IMG/VR virus record: IMGVR_UViG_3300034071_002803 | Coordinates: 1-58,047 of that record | DNA length: 58,047 bases | Strand: one strand, 5' to 3' | Source of the DNA: a virus | Lineage: Duplodnaviria; Caudoviricetes | Part shown: positions 8,394 through 17,524 of the stretch, piece by piece | Position numbering within the stretch: position 1 is the first letter of the stretch | Layout: every line of letters starts with the position of its first letter | The notes under the pieces: model-generated | Seen by the model: the letters and a program-made list of their open reading frames with translations, nothing else | Told to the model about the DNA's origin: nothing | The model's database searches: none | Translations under genes and position numbers: made by a program

Positions 8394-9288
8394 TTTTCTT
8401 GCTCCTTTCAATAAGCTCTGCAGCACTAGTCGCGGCAAGAATATCGTCTCTCATGCCCTTTTCTCTTGATGTGCGCTTTCTTCCCGCCCTCCTCTGCTCC
8501 ACGGCGTGCGTAAAGCAGTCTTTCATTCCCCGCAATGCATAGTAGACAATGCTGCAGCGATACCCATCTTCTTTTGTTACGGTCATTGGAGTTACTCCGT
8601 GAACAAGCTTAAGTCCGCAAAAAAATGCAGCGTATCCATCTCTGCAAGCTAATGTAATCCCGTATTCTGGTATGTGGAGATGGCCGCCATCAACTCCCTC
8701 GCGAACAACCGGCATTGCGGCCCATGTATCAAAATTAAACCCATCTCGATGGTAGGGAAGTTGCGCAGTCCAGTTGACCACGCCGCTAGTCCAAATTGAT
8801 TCTTCGGTCAGCTTCCAGTCCTTATCAACCTGCTGCATTGTTTCGTAATTTTCAGCATATATATGCGGGGCAAATTCGCTAAGCATCTCCCCCATCTCCA
8901 TAGAGACTTGGGCGAGCGCCGCATTTTGCATCGGAGACTCGGAGGCAAGAGATGTTGGCTTGCAGGCATCCCTAAGCTGTATGGGCTTCCTGGGTGCCAT
9001 TCCGAAGGTTCTGGATTGGGTCGTAAGCCCGGTTCCTTTGCGCGCCACCCCGCCAAACGGAACATCTATGGTTGTAACTGCCCACCTCAAAAGCTCAGTA
9101 GTTTTTGTAGGCAGCTTAAGATGGGCGACAATTGGCTCACCAGTCTCAGCATCAAAAATAATTTCGCTTTTGTTTACATTTGGCTTAATGTTATTGACTT
9201 CGGTTCCAACAAGCACATCCGCCTCTTCTGGCGTTATGAGCCTCTTAGCCGCGCTTACTGTAACTTCGCCAAACGAGTATCTAGCCAT
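8383..9288 (-). CDS. TET/JBP-family 2OG-Fe(II) dioxygenase
   Basis: TSGVVN..QLPYHRD (HxD), GGHL.IPEY, LVHGVTP (distal His), RCSIVYY (2OG-binding Arg). Confidence 0.87.
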   Translation of the reverse strand: MARYSFGEVTVSAAKRLITPEEADVLVGTEVNNIKPNVNKSEIIFDAETGEPIVAHLKLPTKTTELLRWAVTTIDVPFGGVARKGTGLTTQSRTFGMAPRKPIQLRDACKPTSLASESPMQNAALAQVSMEMGEMLSEFAPHIYAENYETMQQVDKDWKLTEESIWTSGVVNWTAQLPYHRDGFNFDTWAAMPVVREGVDGGHLHIPEYGITLACRDGYAAFFCGLKLVHGVTPMTVTKEDGYRCSIVYYALRGMKDCFTHAVEQRRAGRKRTSREKGMRDDILAATSAAELIERSKKNEQ

Positions 9289-9965
9289 TATTCTTGCTCT
9301 GGTGCCTTTTCTCCAGTCGCGTCCTCAATAAGCTTCAAGATGGCCTGGGCGTTGCTTTCAAGCTTGTGCTTCTTTCGGTATTCACCAAGCTTTTCTTGTA
9401 CCCAGGCATAAACAGCGTTCTGGTACTCAAGTGCCACAAGGCGCGTCAACTTTGAGCTGTACTTCTCTGCCAGCTCTGCAAGGCTAGGCATTGAGCCAGT
9501 GCCAGATGCCTTTTCGGAGATTTCTTTTGCAATCTTTTCAACGTCCTTGTTAAGCAAGCGCTCAAGGTCATCAAGATCGGAGAAATTAAAACCCGTGGAC
9601 TCAAGGATTGAGTCGTCAAGGGAATTAAGAGCGTCGTAAAGAACCTTTTCGTTCCAGCTTGAAAGGTCACCTGCACGGTTATCTGCAATTGCGTAAGCTC
9701 TTGCCCGGTCAAGATCGTCAAACGGAAGCTCATGAACCGCAATTTCGCTCCAGCCAATAGACTTTGCTGCCTCAAGCGTGCCGTTACCAGCGACAACGAC
9801 CCCACTTCTGGTCACAACAAGCGGCCTTTGCTGACCAAACTCTTTAAGCGAGGCAGCGATTGCCTGGATATTCTTCTCGTTGTGCTTGCGTGGGTTTTCG
9901 GTATCGTAAGTTAGATCGTCAACGCTAACGATTTTTACTTCAAACTTATTTGACTTGCCTGCCAT
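9288..9965 (-). CDS. ParB/Srx N-terminal-domain protein (modification-associated)
   Basis: NPRKH...SLKEFGQQRPLVV...VVAGNGTLEAA...AYAIADNR. Confidence 0.85.
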   Translation of the reverse strand: MAGKSNKFEVKIVSVDDLTYDTENPRKHNEKNIQAIAASLKEFGQQRPLVVTRSGVVVAGNGTLEAAKSIGWSEIAVHELPFDDLDRARAYAIADNRAGDLSSWNEKVLYDALNSLDDSILESTGFNFSDLDDLERLLNKDVEKIAKEISEKASGTGSMPSLAELAEKYSSKLTRLVALEYQNAVYAWVQEKLGEYRKKHKLESNAQAILKLIEDATGEKAPEQE

Positions 9966-9973
9966 AAATCCTC

Positions 9974-11074
9974 CTATATAATTCTTTTGGCTTTCGCCAT
10001 TGCTGAAGCTATTACCTGGTCCATATCATAATACCTGTACTCGCCAAGTCTACCACCAAGAACAAGTCGAAGCTCGGACTCGGCCCGCTCTTTGTATTTT
10101 GCGTACTTTTGGTGGTTTTTATCGTCTGCTATCGGGTAGTAAGCAGTTTTTCCAGGCTCCCAGGTGTCTGGGTATTCTCTGGTAATTACTGTTTTTGACA
10201 CATTTGCATAACTGTTAATATCAAAGTGCTTGTGCTCAGTAATTCTTGTCCAGGGAATATCAATTGAAGGGTAATTTACGACCGCATTACCTTGGAAATC
10301 TGGCGTGTCGAGCACTTCGTGTTCAAATTTAAGACCTCGGTACTCAAGTGGGCCGTACTCTTCAAACCTGAATAGCTCGTCAACACCTCCGCTAAAGACA
10401 ATTTGCTTGCCTTTCATTCTCCAGTAATCAAGATCTGCCCCAAAATCAGACTTAAGCTGAATATTCAAGCCCTCTGACATATTTTCTATCCACTTTGTAT
10501 ATCCACCAATAGGAATACCTTGATATTTACTATGGAAATAGTTGTCATCAAAGGTAAATCTGATTGGCAGGCGCGAAACGACAGTGTGGTCTATCTGGCT
10601 TGGAGACCTACCCCACTGTTTTGTGGTGTAGCCGTAGAAGAATTTTTCGTAAATAGTTTTTCCAACAGTTGAAAGAAGGTATTCCTCAACAGTTTTAGGC
10701 TTTTCAATCTTAACAATGTCTGCAGCAAGCGCATTTCTAGCTTCTAGGGGTGTTTTTGCCCTAAAAAGCTGGTACATGGTCATTAGATTAATTGGAAAAG
10801 AGTAAATTTCTTCCCCAAACCGTATTTTGGGTCTATTTACAAAATTATTAAAGCTTGCAAATCGATTGGCATAGGCCCATATGTCCTCACTGTTGGTGTG
10901 GAAGATATGCGGGCCGTGTACATGCACCTGGATTCCTTCAATCTCGTCAGAAATGATATTTCCGCCAATTCTGTCTCTTTTTTCTATTATCAGGCAGGTT
11001 TTTCCCGCGTCTGTTACCGTTCTGGCGAATGTAACGCCAAAAAGCCCAGCGCCAACAACTACAAAGTCATACAT
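9974..11074 (-). CDS. glf: UDP-galactopyranose mutase
   Basis: VVGAGLFG FAD motif, HVHGPHIFHT, GYTTKQWG, TRITEHKHF, GRLGEYRYYDMDQ. Confidence 0.95.
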   Translation of the reverse strand: MYDFVVVGAGLFGVTFARTVTDAGKTCLIIEKRDRIGGNIISDEIEGIQVHVHGPHIFHTNSEDIWAYANRFASFNNFVNRPKIRFGEEIYSFPINLMTMYQLFRAKTPLEARNALAADIVKIEKPKTVEEYLLSTVGKTIYEKFFYGYTTKQWGRSPSQIDHTVVSRLPIRFTFDDNYFHSKYQGIPIGGYTKWIENMSEGLNIQLKSDFGADLDYWRMKGKQIVFSGGVDELFRFEEYGPLEYRGLKFEHEVLDTPDFQGNAVVNYPSIDIPWTRITEHKHFDINSYANVSKTVITREYPDTWEPGKTAYYPIADDKNHQKYAKYKERAESELRLVLGGRLGEYRYYDMDQVIASAMAKAKRII

Positions 11075-11870
11075 TAGATCTCTCCCTAAGATTTACTATT
11101 GCATTTTGCAACTTCTCAACAGTTAAAACCTCATATTGTCTCATTGCCATCCACCATGTTCCGCCAGGAAGCTTGCCGTCCATATATTTTTGGACATAGA
11201 ACTTCCTTTCCTTATACGGGCTTTCAAACTCGGTTGCCAAAGCATCCTTTTGGCTTCCCTGGACTCTTGTGTGCTCTGCCGGCGAGGCATCTATGCACCC
11301 GATTCTTCCACCATGAATAGACCTTCCCTCTTTATGGTGGTATTTCTGTTGCCACCATTCTGGTATTCCCCAGCCATGCCCGTAAGGGGAATCATTGAAT
11401 ATCGGAAGGGACGCCTTGAACGCCCTGCTGGTCATCAGGAACGCACCAACATCAATCGTATTAAGCGTTCTAAATATGCCTCCCTTTTTTCTCCTAAACT
11501 TGCTATCTCCGGGCTCCATTACAAACCCAGGGCAAGCAAGATCAAAATCAAAATAATCAAATGTCTCAATAAACTTAAGTATGTTTTCCCTGCTCATATA
11601 TATGTCGTCATCCATAATCAAAAATCTTTTATACTGGTTAATTGTTGATTTATACTTTTTAAAAAAATCCCTTATTAGATGAAACTTGTTACCTTTTTGC
11701 TTTAATATATATTTAGCAGACTTCCAGAATTTATCAGAATAATCCTTTTCGCCCCAAAAACAAATTCCAACATCAATGCCATCTTCTGGCCTGAAGAGCT
11801 CCATTCGCTCGTGTTCGGACCAATACTCTTTTCCAGATCCAGTAACTATTAAAAGAAGTGTTTTATCCAT
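11067..11870 (-). CDS. putative glycosyltransferase (DUF707-like GT-A)
   Basis: FLIMDDDI DxD motif, DLACPG, HGWG, IGCIDA..AEHTR. Confidence 0.6.
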   Translation of the reverse strand: MDKTLLLIVTGSGKEYWSEHERMELFRPEDGIDVGICFWGEKDYSDKFWKSAKYILKQKGNKFHLIRDFFKKYKSTINQYKRFLIMDDDIYMSRENILKFIETFDYFDFDLACPGFVMEPGDSKFRRKKGGIFRTLNTIDVGAFLMTSRAFKASLPIFNDSPYGHGWGIPEWWQQKYHHKEGRSIHGGRIGCIDASPAEHTRVQGSQKDALATEFESPYKERKFYVQKYMDGKLPGGTWWMAMRQYEVLTVEKLQNAIVNLRERSNV

Positions 11871-11873
11871 AAT

Positions 11874-12827
11874 TTATTTGAATATATCCTTGCTTGGGTT
11901 AAAGCCTGTTTCTTTAATATACTTCACTCGCCATTCTCTTTGCTTTTCGTTGGATATAGTGAAATCTAAACTTGCAAGGTAATCTGCGTCAAGCCATTTT
12001 GCGGGCTTGAACAAGCCGGGGTATTTTCTCACAAGCTTTTCGCATGCTTCGTTTCTTTGCTCTGTTCTTTTTGTTTTGCCCTCAGCCTGCAAGCCACCAG
12101 GCATCTCGCCATATAGCGGCGCATCAAGAAGTAGCCATTGGTTGGTAAGCACTTTTCCATATACAAGCATGCATTTTGCCCAAAGGTCAACATCGTCCAG
12201 CTCGATGCTGTCATCAAGGGATATTCTTCGATCTTTTTTTATCAGCTGAAATGCTATCGGGTGCCTGCCCCAGTGCCACTTTGATTTCTCCCACCCCTTG
12301 ATCAGGTAAGGGTTTATTCCGTTGATCCAGTCCTCATCAGTCTCAAGCGTTGAGACAGCTGCCATTGAGTTAATCCCACAATATCCAATTTTTTCTTGAT
12401 CGCAGATAGAAATCATTTCCATTATCATTTTCTTGCCATCTTCGCTGTCTGGAGTGTGCGACCATAGATCACCGTATTCTTTTCTTCGTTTAATTTTTGG
12501 AAGGGTTGTTTTTGTCCAGTAGTGCTCTGGAACTACCGACCTAAATGTAACAATGTCGTCATCCAGGAAGAGCGCCCACTCCCCATCCTCAAGGGTTTCA
12601 TATATAAAATTCTGCTGTCTGACTTTTCCATTTCCTGGCCAGCCAGCCCTTACGCCAGAGACAATAATCTTAGCATTTGCCTTTATGGCTGCGTCCCTAT
12701 AAAGGTTTGCCTCATCTTCACTATGCAGCACAAGGAATTTTTCAAATCCCTGAATGCCCGGCGCATTAAGGGTAAAGCAAAACTCAGATCTTGCGTATGA
12801 AAAAATGAAAACCTTGGGCAAATTCAT
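11874..12827 (-). CDS. TET-associated (GREB1-like) glycosyltransferase 2
   Basis: FIFSYAR...LFLDDDI...DDVD...PGGLQ...LVRKYPG, paralogous to 7620-8393. Confidence 0.7.
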   Translation of the reverse strand: MNLPKVFIFSYARSEFCFTLNAPGIQGFEKFLVLHSEDEANLYRDAAIKANAKIIVSGVRAGWPGNGKVRQQNFIYETLEDGEWALFLDDDIVTFRSVVPEHYWTKTTLPKIKRRKEYGDLWSHTPDSEDGKKMIMEMISICDQEKIGYCGINSMAAVSTLETDEDWINGINPYLIKGWEKSKWHWGRHPIAFQLIKKDRRISLDDSIELDDVDLWAKCMLVYGKVLTNQWLLLDAPLYGEMPGGLQAEGKTKRTEQRNEACEKLVRKYPGLFKPAKWLDADYLASLDFTISNEKQREWRVKYIKETGFNPSKDIFK

Positions 12828-12842
12828 TGCCCAAGGTTATCA
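12810..12842 (-). promoter_or_regulatory. extended -10 promoter overlapped by a 12-bp inverted repeat
   Basis: TGA-TAACCT-N6-ATG; AACCTTGGGCAA-N5-TTGCCCAAGGTT. Confidence 0.5.
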
Positions 12843-12861
12843 CATTAAATCTAACTAATCG

Positions 12862-13320
12862 TTAAAATGGCAAGTCTTCAAAGCCCTCTTCTTCTCGCTG
12901 GGACTTTGCCTTACTGCCATACGAAGAGTCCTTACCGTAGCCTCCGCCACTGCTGTAAGAAGAGCCTCGGGACTGACCGCCAGCCGCCTTTTTCTCAAGC
13001 CCAGCCTTACCCCGCGATAGGAGCTGAAGAAACTTTGCCGTTACCTGAATATCTGTTCGCTCCTTGCCATTGCGGTCACTCCATGTGTTTAGCTCTGGGG
13101 TGCCCTCGATATACACAAGGTCTCCGGCGTTTAGGAGATCTGCGGCAAGGTCGGCTCGACCATCCCAGCATGTAATTGGAAACCACTGGGTATCTTCGTT
13201 TCCATCCTTATCCTTGCCCTTGTTAATCGCAACGCTAAAGTTTGTAACATTGCGACCGTTCTTGGTGGCTCGGGTCTCTGGCTGCTTGCCAACACGTCCA
13301 ATCAATTGAAGCTTAATCAT
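12862..13320 (-). CDS. ssb: single-stranded DNA-binding protein
   Basis: LIGRVGKQPE, FSVA, GDLVYIEG OB fold; acidic EDLPF tail. Confidence 0.95.
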   Translation of the reverse strand: MIKLQLIGRVGKQPETRATKNGRNVTNFSVAINKGKDKDGNEDTQWFPITCWDGRADLAADLLNAGDLVYIEGTPELNTWSDRNGKERTDIQVTAKFLQLLSRGKAGLEKKAAGGQSRGSSYSSGGGYGKDSSYGSKAKSQREEEGFEDLPF

Positions 13321-13690
13321 TATTTTTCTCCTCTACAAATTCTAATGTTATGTACTCCACCTTGTGCCGACGCTCCATTTTCCAAACTCGCGGGAGGAAT
13401 CGAACATCGTTAATGTCCATTGCCTTCGCACAAGCGTCTAATGTGAGCTTAAGGATGTTGTCCGCATCCATTGGTCGGTTTAAAAAGGTGTTGATATTGA
13501 CCACAATTTGGGTCTCGTCCCCAGACAGGGACCACTTCTTACTCTTTATTTCCCAGCGCACTACCTCCTCTACATAATCTTTCCAAGCCCTTGCTGGCCT
13601 GGTCATATATATAATCTTACCGGCGGACCGGTAAGCCGAATTCCACGATGGCGGTCTTCCGTTTAGCCTAATCGCCAGCGGCTCTGCCAT
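13313..13690 (-). CDS. rusA: RusA-like Holliday junction resolvase
   Basis: PPSWNSAY...DADNILKLTLDA...INDV. Confidence 0.8.
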   Translation of the reverse strand: MAEPLAIRLNGRPPSWNSAYRSAGKIIYMTRPARAWKDYVEEVVRWEIKSKKWSLSGDETQIVVNINTFLNRPMDADNILKLTLDACAKAMDINDVRFLPRVWKMERRHKVEYITLEFVEEKNND

Positions 13691-13691
13691 C

Positions 13692-14312
13692 TTACCTCTT
13701 GCCCAGCTCTGGGCGCAAGTCCTGCGAGTCAATTCTTACAAACCGATTAGTTTGCTGAAGCCTGCTCACAGCAGCACCATAGCCCAAAACGTCTAGCTCG
13801 TCTAGCGTTCTATTGCTTGTCATGATTGTTGGCAATAGTCGTTGATACCTGCTCTCTACCAGCACGTAAAGCCTTTCCGTAGCCCAGTCAGTAGCCTTTT
13901 CTTTGCCGAAGTCATCAAGAACGACAACTGAGGCATGCTTGCAGCAGTATTCAAAAAGCTCCTGCGCCTCAGATTCCTGGAACTTAAATGATGCCCTAAT
14001 TCTGTCAAGAAAAATAGGAACATTCAAAAATCTTACTTTGGAAAGTCCGTTCTTGTAGATTTGATGCTTTACTGCTGCGACAGCCAGGTGGGTCTTTCCA
14101 ACGCCTGGTGTTCCTATCAGTGAAAAAGACCGATCGCCAAAATCCTTGCTGCCAGCCCATTCCTTTGCCGCCTCAAATGCCTTTTCGGCTCCCTTTCTGA
14201 ATTGAAAATTCTCAAAAGAGCATGGGGCATACCTTGGCGGAATCATAGAAAGATCAAAAGCTTTGTGCCTTCGCTCTAGCTTAATGTTTTCCTCACTCAA
14301 TATATCGGTCAC
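13692..14312 (-). CDS. DnaC/IstB-like AAA+ helicase loader
   Basis: GTPGVGKTHLA Walker A, VVLDDFGKE Walker B, TSN; GGAGG RBS before GTG. Confidence 0.9.
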   Translation of the reverse strand: MTDILSEENIKLERRHKAFDLSMIPPRYAPCSFENFQFRKGAEKAFEAAKEWAGSKDFGDRSFSLIGTPGVGKTHLAVAAVKHQIYKNGLSKVRFLNVPIFLDRIRASFKFQESEAQELFEYCCKHASVVVLDDFGKEKATDWATERLYVLVESRYQRLLPTIMTSNRTLDELDVLGYGAAVSRLQQTNRFVRIDSQDLRPELGKR

Positions 14313-15036
14313 GGTCGCCTCCCGCTGAAGTGTTTGCCCTAACACCAGATCTCCTGGCTGAGGCAACCTTGGTCAAATAAGATAGCGGATCTCCCTTGAG
14401 ATCTCGTAGAGCTGATTCGCAGATTGCCGACATGAGCGCCGGAATCCCGCCAGGAAAATCCTTCATTAGCTTTGCAAGCCTTCCATAATCTCCACGCTGT
14501 GGGACCATTCCAAGCTGGGCGCCCATAAACTCGCCAAGGCGACCCTGCGTATTCGGGCCAGATATTACATACTCCATCCACTCCTTGAGGCTCCTAACAG
14601 CAACCTGCTCATAATCGTCGCGAAGCCCCAAGCGCTCGTATCGCTCTCTTGCATTTTCTGCCATTTGCTTTCTTTCAATCCTGCCATTGTCTAGAGGGGT
14701 TTCTTGCCATTCATCCCAATCGTGAACGACAAGACCATCCATCAATCCAACGCGCCTAAAGACCGGAAGATACTTTGCGTTTTGGGTGCCAATTATTGCT
14801 TCTATGTGCTGGTCCGATTCAAATACACCATTGGTTTCAGAGGCAGCGCAAAGCAATACAACCCAAGCCCATCTGGCATTGTTGTCTGGTAGCCTCCAGA
14901 GCTTCTTGTGCTTCGGAAGGTCGCTATAGCAGCGCCACCACCTTATTCCTGGGGCGTGTCCTTCTTTACCCGAAGGTTCGGTATCAGAATCTTCAAAGAG
15001 TCCATTGAATGAAGCTCCTGCGGATGACTTTCCCAT
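14293..15036 (-). CDS. putative replication initiator (replisome-organiser-like)
   Basis: WWRCYSD..KHKKL...VHDWDEWQ N-terminal pattern; immediately upstream of the DnaC-like gene. Confidence 0.6.
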   Translation of the reverse strand: MGKSSAGASFNGLFEDSDTEPSGKEGHAPGIRWWRCYSDLPKHKKLWRLPDNNARWAWVVLLCAASETNGVFESDQHIEAIIGTQNAKYLPVFRRVGLMDGLVVHDWDEWQETPLDNGRIERKQMAENARERYERLGLRDDYEQVAVRSLKEWMEYVISGPNTQGRLGEFMGAQLGMVPQRGDYGRLAKLMKDFPGGIPALMSAICESALRDLKGDPLSYLTKVASARRSGVRANTSAGGDRDRYIE

Positions 15037-15803
15037 TTGTTGCAGACCTCCCTATATTCGCATGTTGCATGAGCCCATGAGGATGGGTTCGGGTATATCG
15101 CACCCTTCTCAACCGAGTCCAGAAATGCTCTTGCCTGAATATACAGCTTATCAAGATCATACTGGTTTCTCGTAGTTTGCCTTCGCTCCACCAGCGGGGC
15201 CTTAACAGACTTAGTTATGATATTGAATGTTACAGTTGGATCGTGGGCAAAATTGTCTCTAATTGCCATCGCGTATGCGGTGGCCTGAATGTCTCCGTGC
15301 TCTCTTCCAGCCTCCCACTTTCTTTCTGCTGTTTTGTGCTCAACAACATCATGTTGCTTAGTGATCATGTCAACCTGTGCCTTGAGCCTAATCGGAAGCT
15401 TGCCAAGTTTTGAGTGCGAGATTTCAGCAAACATTGTTCGCTCTACCGCTTCCGCCTCCCAATCATCTCCGGCATCAATTCCCGCAACAAGCATCTTTTC
15501 CCCAAGAGCCGAGTCACCGATCTGATCCCTTTTCTCTTCAGACGACCAGTCAACCTTTGCAGACTCTTCTGCGTAGGTTGTTCTATACATTCTAAGAGAT
15601 AGATCTCTCCTGTTTGGCAACTTTGAGTTTCCGTACCAGGTTGCAAGCCCAGAATGAACCGCCGTCCCTAGCGCAAAAAATGTTGTTGTTTTGTCGGTCC
15701 AAAGACCCATCTTGTACTTGTACCACCAGCGAAGCGGGCACGAGAGGAACTCTCGAAGCTCGCTGACGCTGACGTAGTCAACATTCCTTTCCTGAATTGA
15801 CAT
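14943..15803 (-). CDS. PD-(D/E)XK RecB/Cas4-like exonuclease
   Basis: SVSEL..F.SCP..W, GTAVH, VDM...VVEHKT, Q..AY, C-terminal C..REVC. Confidence 0.85.
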   Translation of the reverse strand: MSIQERNVDYVSVSELREFLSCPLRWWYKYKMGLWTDKTTTFFALGTAVHSGLATWYGNSKLPNRRDLSLRMYRTTYAEESAKVDWSSEEKRDQIGDSALGEKMLVAGIDAGDDWEAEAVERTMFAEISHSKLGKLPIRLKAQVDMITKQHDVVEHKTAERKWEAGREHGDIQATAYAMAIRDNFAHDPTVTFNIITKSVKAPLVERRQTTRNQYDLDKLYIQARAFLDSVEKGAIYPNPSSWAHATCEYREVCNKWESHPQELHSMDSLKILIPNLRVKKDTPQE

Positions 15804-16351
15804 CAGACTAGCTCTGCTGAGCGGCTCTTCCAAACAGACTGGAGCGCCTTGCGCTGGTCTGCATCAAGAGATGATCCAACAATATCCTGACCAATTTGCT
15901 GCAGTTCAGCCTTGGTGCCAGCAGACTGGATTGCAGAAATCCAATCAGCAAGAGCAGGATCGTCAAGGAAAATGCGCTGCGCAGCCTCCTCAATCTTCTC
16001 CTGCTTTTCTGGCTGCTTCTTTGATCGAATCTCATCGTCTGAAGCAATTCTCTTTGATGGGAGCCCAGCCATCACCAGCGCCCTGCCAACTGCAGATGTT
16101 TCGCAGTTCTCAACTTCGCTTCCGCGAGTGTAGGGCGTGCTTCCTGGAATATTCATCGCGCTGTGGCCAGTGCCGGCTGGCTGTTCATCTGGCGACTCGC
16201 CGCGATACACAGCAGCACTAAAGACAACGCGCTTGTCCGTAAGCTCAATAAGCCGTGGCTCAATTCTGGCTTTTGGGTAAACCTCAAACCAGGCACGGAG
16301 TCTCTCTGCGACATCAATGTAGTCCTTAAGAACGCTCTTATCAAATGGCAT
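15803..16351 (-). CDS. single-strand annealing recombinase (Rad52/Sak/ERF-like)
   Basis: YIDVAER...ENCETSAVGRAL...IASDDE; adjacent to the exonuclease. Confidence 0.7.
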   Translation of the reverse strand: MPFDKSVLKDYIDVAERLRAWFEVYPKARIEPRLIELTDKRVVFSAAVYRGESPDEQPAGTGHSAMNIPGSTPYTRGSEVENCETSAVGRALVMAGLPSKRIASDDEIRSKKQPEKQEKIEEAAQRIFLDDPALADWISAIQSAGTKAELQQIGQDIVGSSLDADQRKALQSVWKSRSAELV

Positions 16352-16353
16352 TT

Positions 16354-16623
16354 TTACTTCTCCTTACTGCTTGCGGAATCCAGATCAGAGAAAAGCTCCT
16401 CCTCTGGGAGACCAAGATATTCGGCGAGCTTTACTCGCATTGGCTTCGTCATCGGGGCGTGACCGTACTGTACCTGATTTAGATACCCGTAGGAAATCCC
16501 AAGATGTCGAGCAACCCAGCGTCTCTTAACGCCAGCCTCTGCAATGATTTCCCATACGCGGGCTGTTCCCTTACGCTGGGCCTCGCGAACTGACTTCAGC
16601 TCGTCTCCTGATTGCTTGCTCAT
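16354..16623 (-). CDS. XRE/Cro-like HTH regulator
   Basis: WVARHLGISYGYLNQV...LAEYLG..EELF. Confidence 0.85.
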   Translation of the reverse strand: MSKQSGDELKSVREAQRKGTARVWEIIAEAGVKRRWVARHLGISYGYLNQVQYGHAPMTKPMRVKLAEYLGLPEEELFSDLDSASSKEK

Positions 16624-16637
16624 CCAACCTCCTTACT

Positions 16638-16700
16638 GGCAACATTACTGCTTTATGTTGCCTACCACCAGAGTATAAGCGGGCTAAGACCTGTCGTCAA
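16638..16700 (-). promoter_or_regulatory. promoter plus operator of the replication operon
   Basis: TTGACG-N17-TATACT (16700-16672); GGCAACAT-N9-ATGTTGCC palindrome (16638-16662) between the -10 box and the RBS. Confidence 0.7.
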
Positions 16701-16875
16701 CCGCCTTTTTGCAGGAGCAATGCGTGACCTTGTCGCCAGACCCGGTGGACTTCCCTAAAGATCTGATTGAGCCAAACTTAATACCAGTGCTTTTTCGGTT
16801 TTTGCAATTTTTTGACGCACATGTAATTCGCTCAACGCCGCTTGCAATGCTTCGGTCAGTATCCGTATTTTTCAT
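16684..16875 (-). CDS. small Cys-containing hypothetical protein
   Basis: 63-aa ORF overlapping the HNH stop. Confidence 0.45.
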   Translation of the reverse strand: MKNTDTDRSIASGVERITCASKNCKNRKSTGIKFGSIRSLGKSTGSGDKVTHCSCKKAVDDRS

Positions 16876-17152
16876 GTAGGTACTCCTTTATAGCTGCCCG
16901 CCACCTTTTGGATGATTCTGTTTTTACTCTATGGTGCCAGCCACAAAGTATAACACAATTTTCCATTGTTGATGGTCCGCGCTTGCCAAGCCCAGATGTT
17001 GAAACATGGTCTATTTCAAGCGCAATTCTTCCGCCAGAACCAAATTGGCTTCCGCATCTATCTTCCATGCCAATTACTGGCCCTATGCAGGTCTTGTCTC
17101 TTTTGAGCAGCGCAAATCGAAGCTCTGGCGTTACGGGGTCTTTGTGGGGCAT
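16856..17152 (-). CDS. HNH endonuclease
   Basis: RDKTC...LEIDHV...ENCVILCGWHHRVKT. Confidence 0.85.
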   Translation of the reverse strand: MPHKDPVTPELRFALLKRDKTCIGPVIGMEDRCGSQFGSGGRIALEIDHVSTSGLGKRGPSTMENCVILCGWHHRVKTESSKRWRAAIKEYLHEKYGY

Positions 17153-17397
17153 TAGTCTTCCCAGATAGCTTCTGAGATTCTTCCTGCCGTCCTTAGCTCG
17201 CGAAGCTTTTCAACTTCTTCATAAAACTTTCTAATTTTATAATCTATTGCCATTAGCAATTTTTGATCGTCTTCAAGTGGCACCCTAGAGGACGCACTTA
17301 CCACCGCGCCCTGAGCCCTGCTCATGTCTCTCTCTAGGGCGTCAAGAACCCTGTTGCAGATTGAATTACTTCGTTTCCCCTGAAAGTTGTTTGACAT
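17152..17397 (-). CDS. hypothetical coiled-coil protein
   Basis: ORF starting MSNNFQ; stop overlaps the HNH start. Confidence 0.6.
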   Translation of the reverse strand: MSNNFQGKRSNSICNRVLDALERDMSRAQGAVVSASSRVPLEDDQKLLMAIDYKIRKFYEEVEKLRELRTAGRISEAIWED

Positions 17398-17524
17398 TCT
17401 TTTTCTTAACCTCCGCTGTTGATGCCTTCTTTGCGGCATCTTCTGCTCGAACCAGTCTACACCCAATACAAAAACAGGGTTGAATGTGCGACTTTGGGCC
17501 TTCTGTCTTTGGCAGCTTTGCCAT
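17366..17524 (-). CDS. small basic CxCxxC protein (52 aa; not in ORF track)
   Basis: MAKLPKTEGPKSHIQPCFCIGCRLVR...; TAATG overlap with the portal stop. Confidence 0.55.
   Translation of the reverse strand: MAKLPKTEGPKSHIQPCFCIGCRLVRAEDAAKKASTAEVKKKNVKQLSGETK

Noticed and set aside
9288-9965. Plasmid-like ParAB partition system
   Set aside because: No ParA and no obvious HTH domain; ParB/Srx genes are typical companions of TET loci
14943-15803. CRISPR-Cas (Cas4-like nuclease)
   Set aside because: No array or other cas genes; it sits in an exonuclease-recombinase-SSB context
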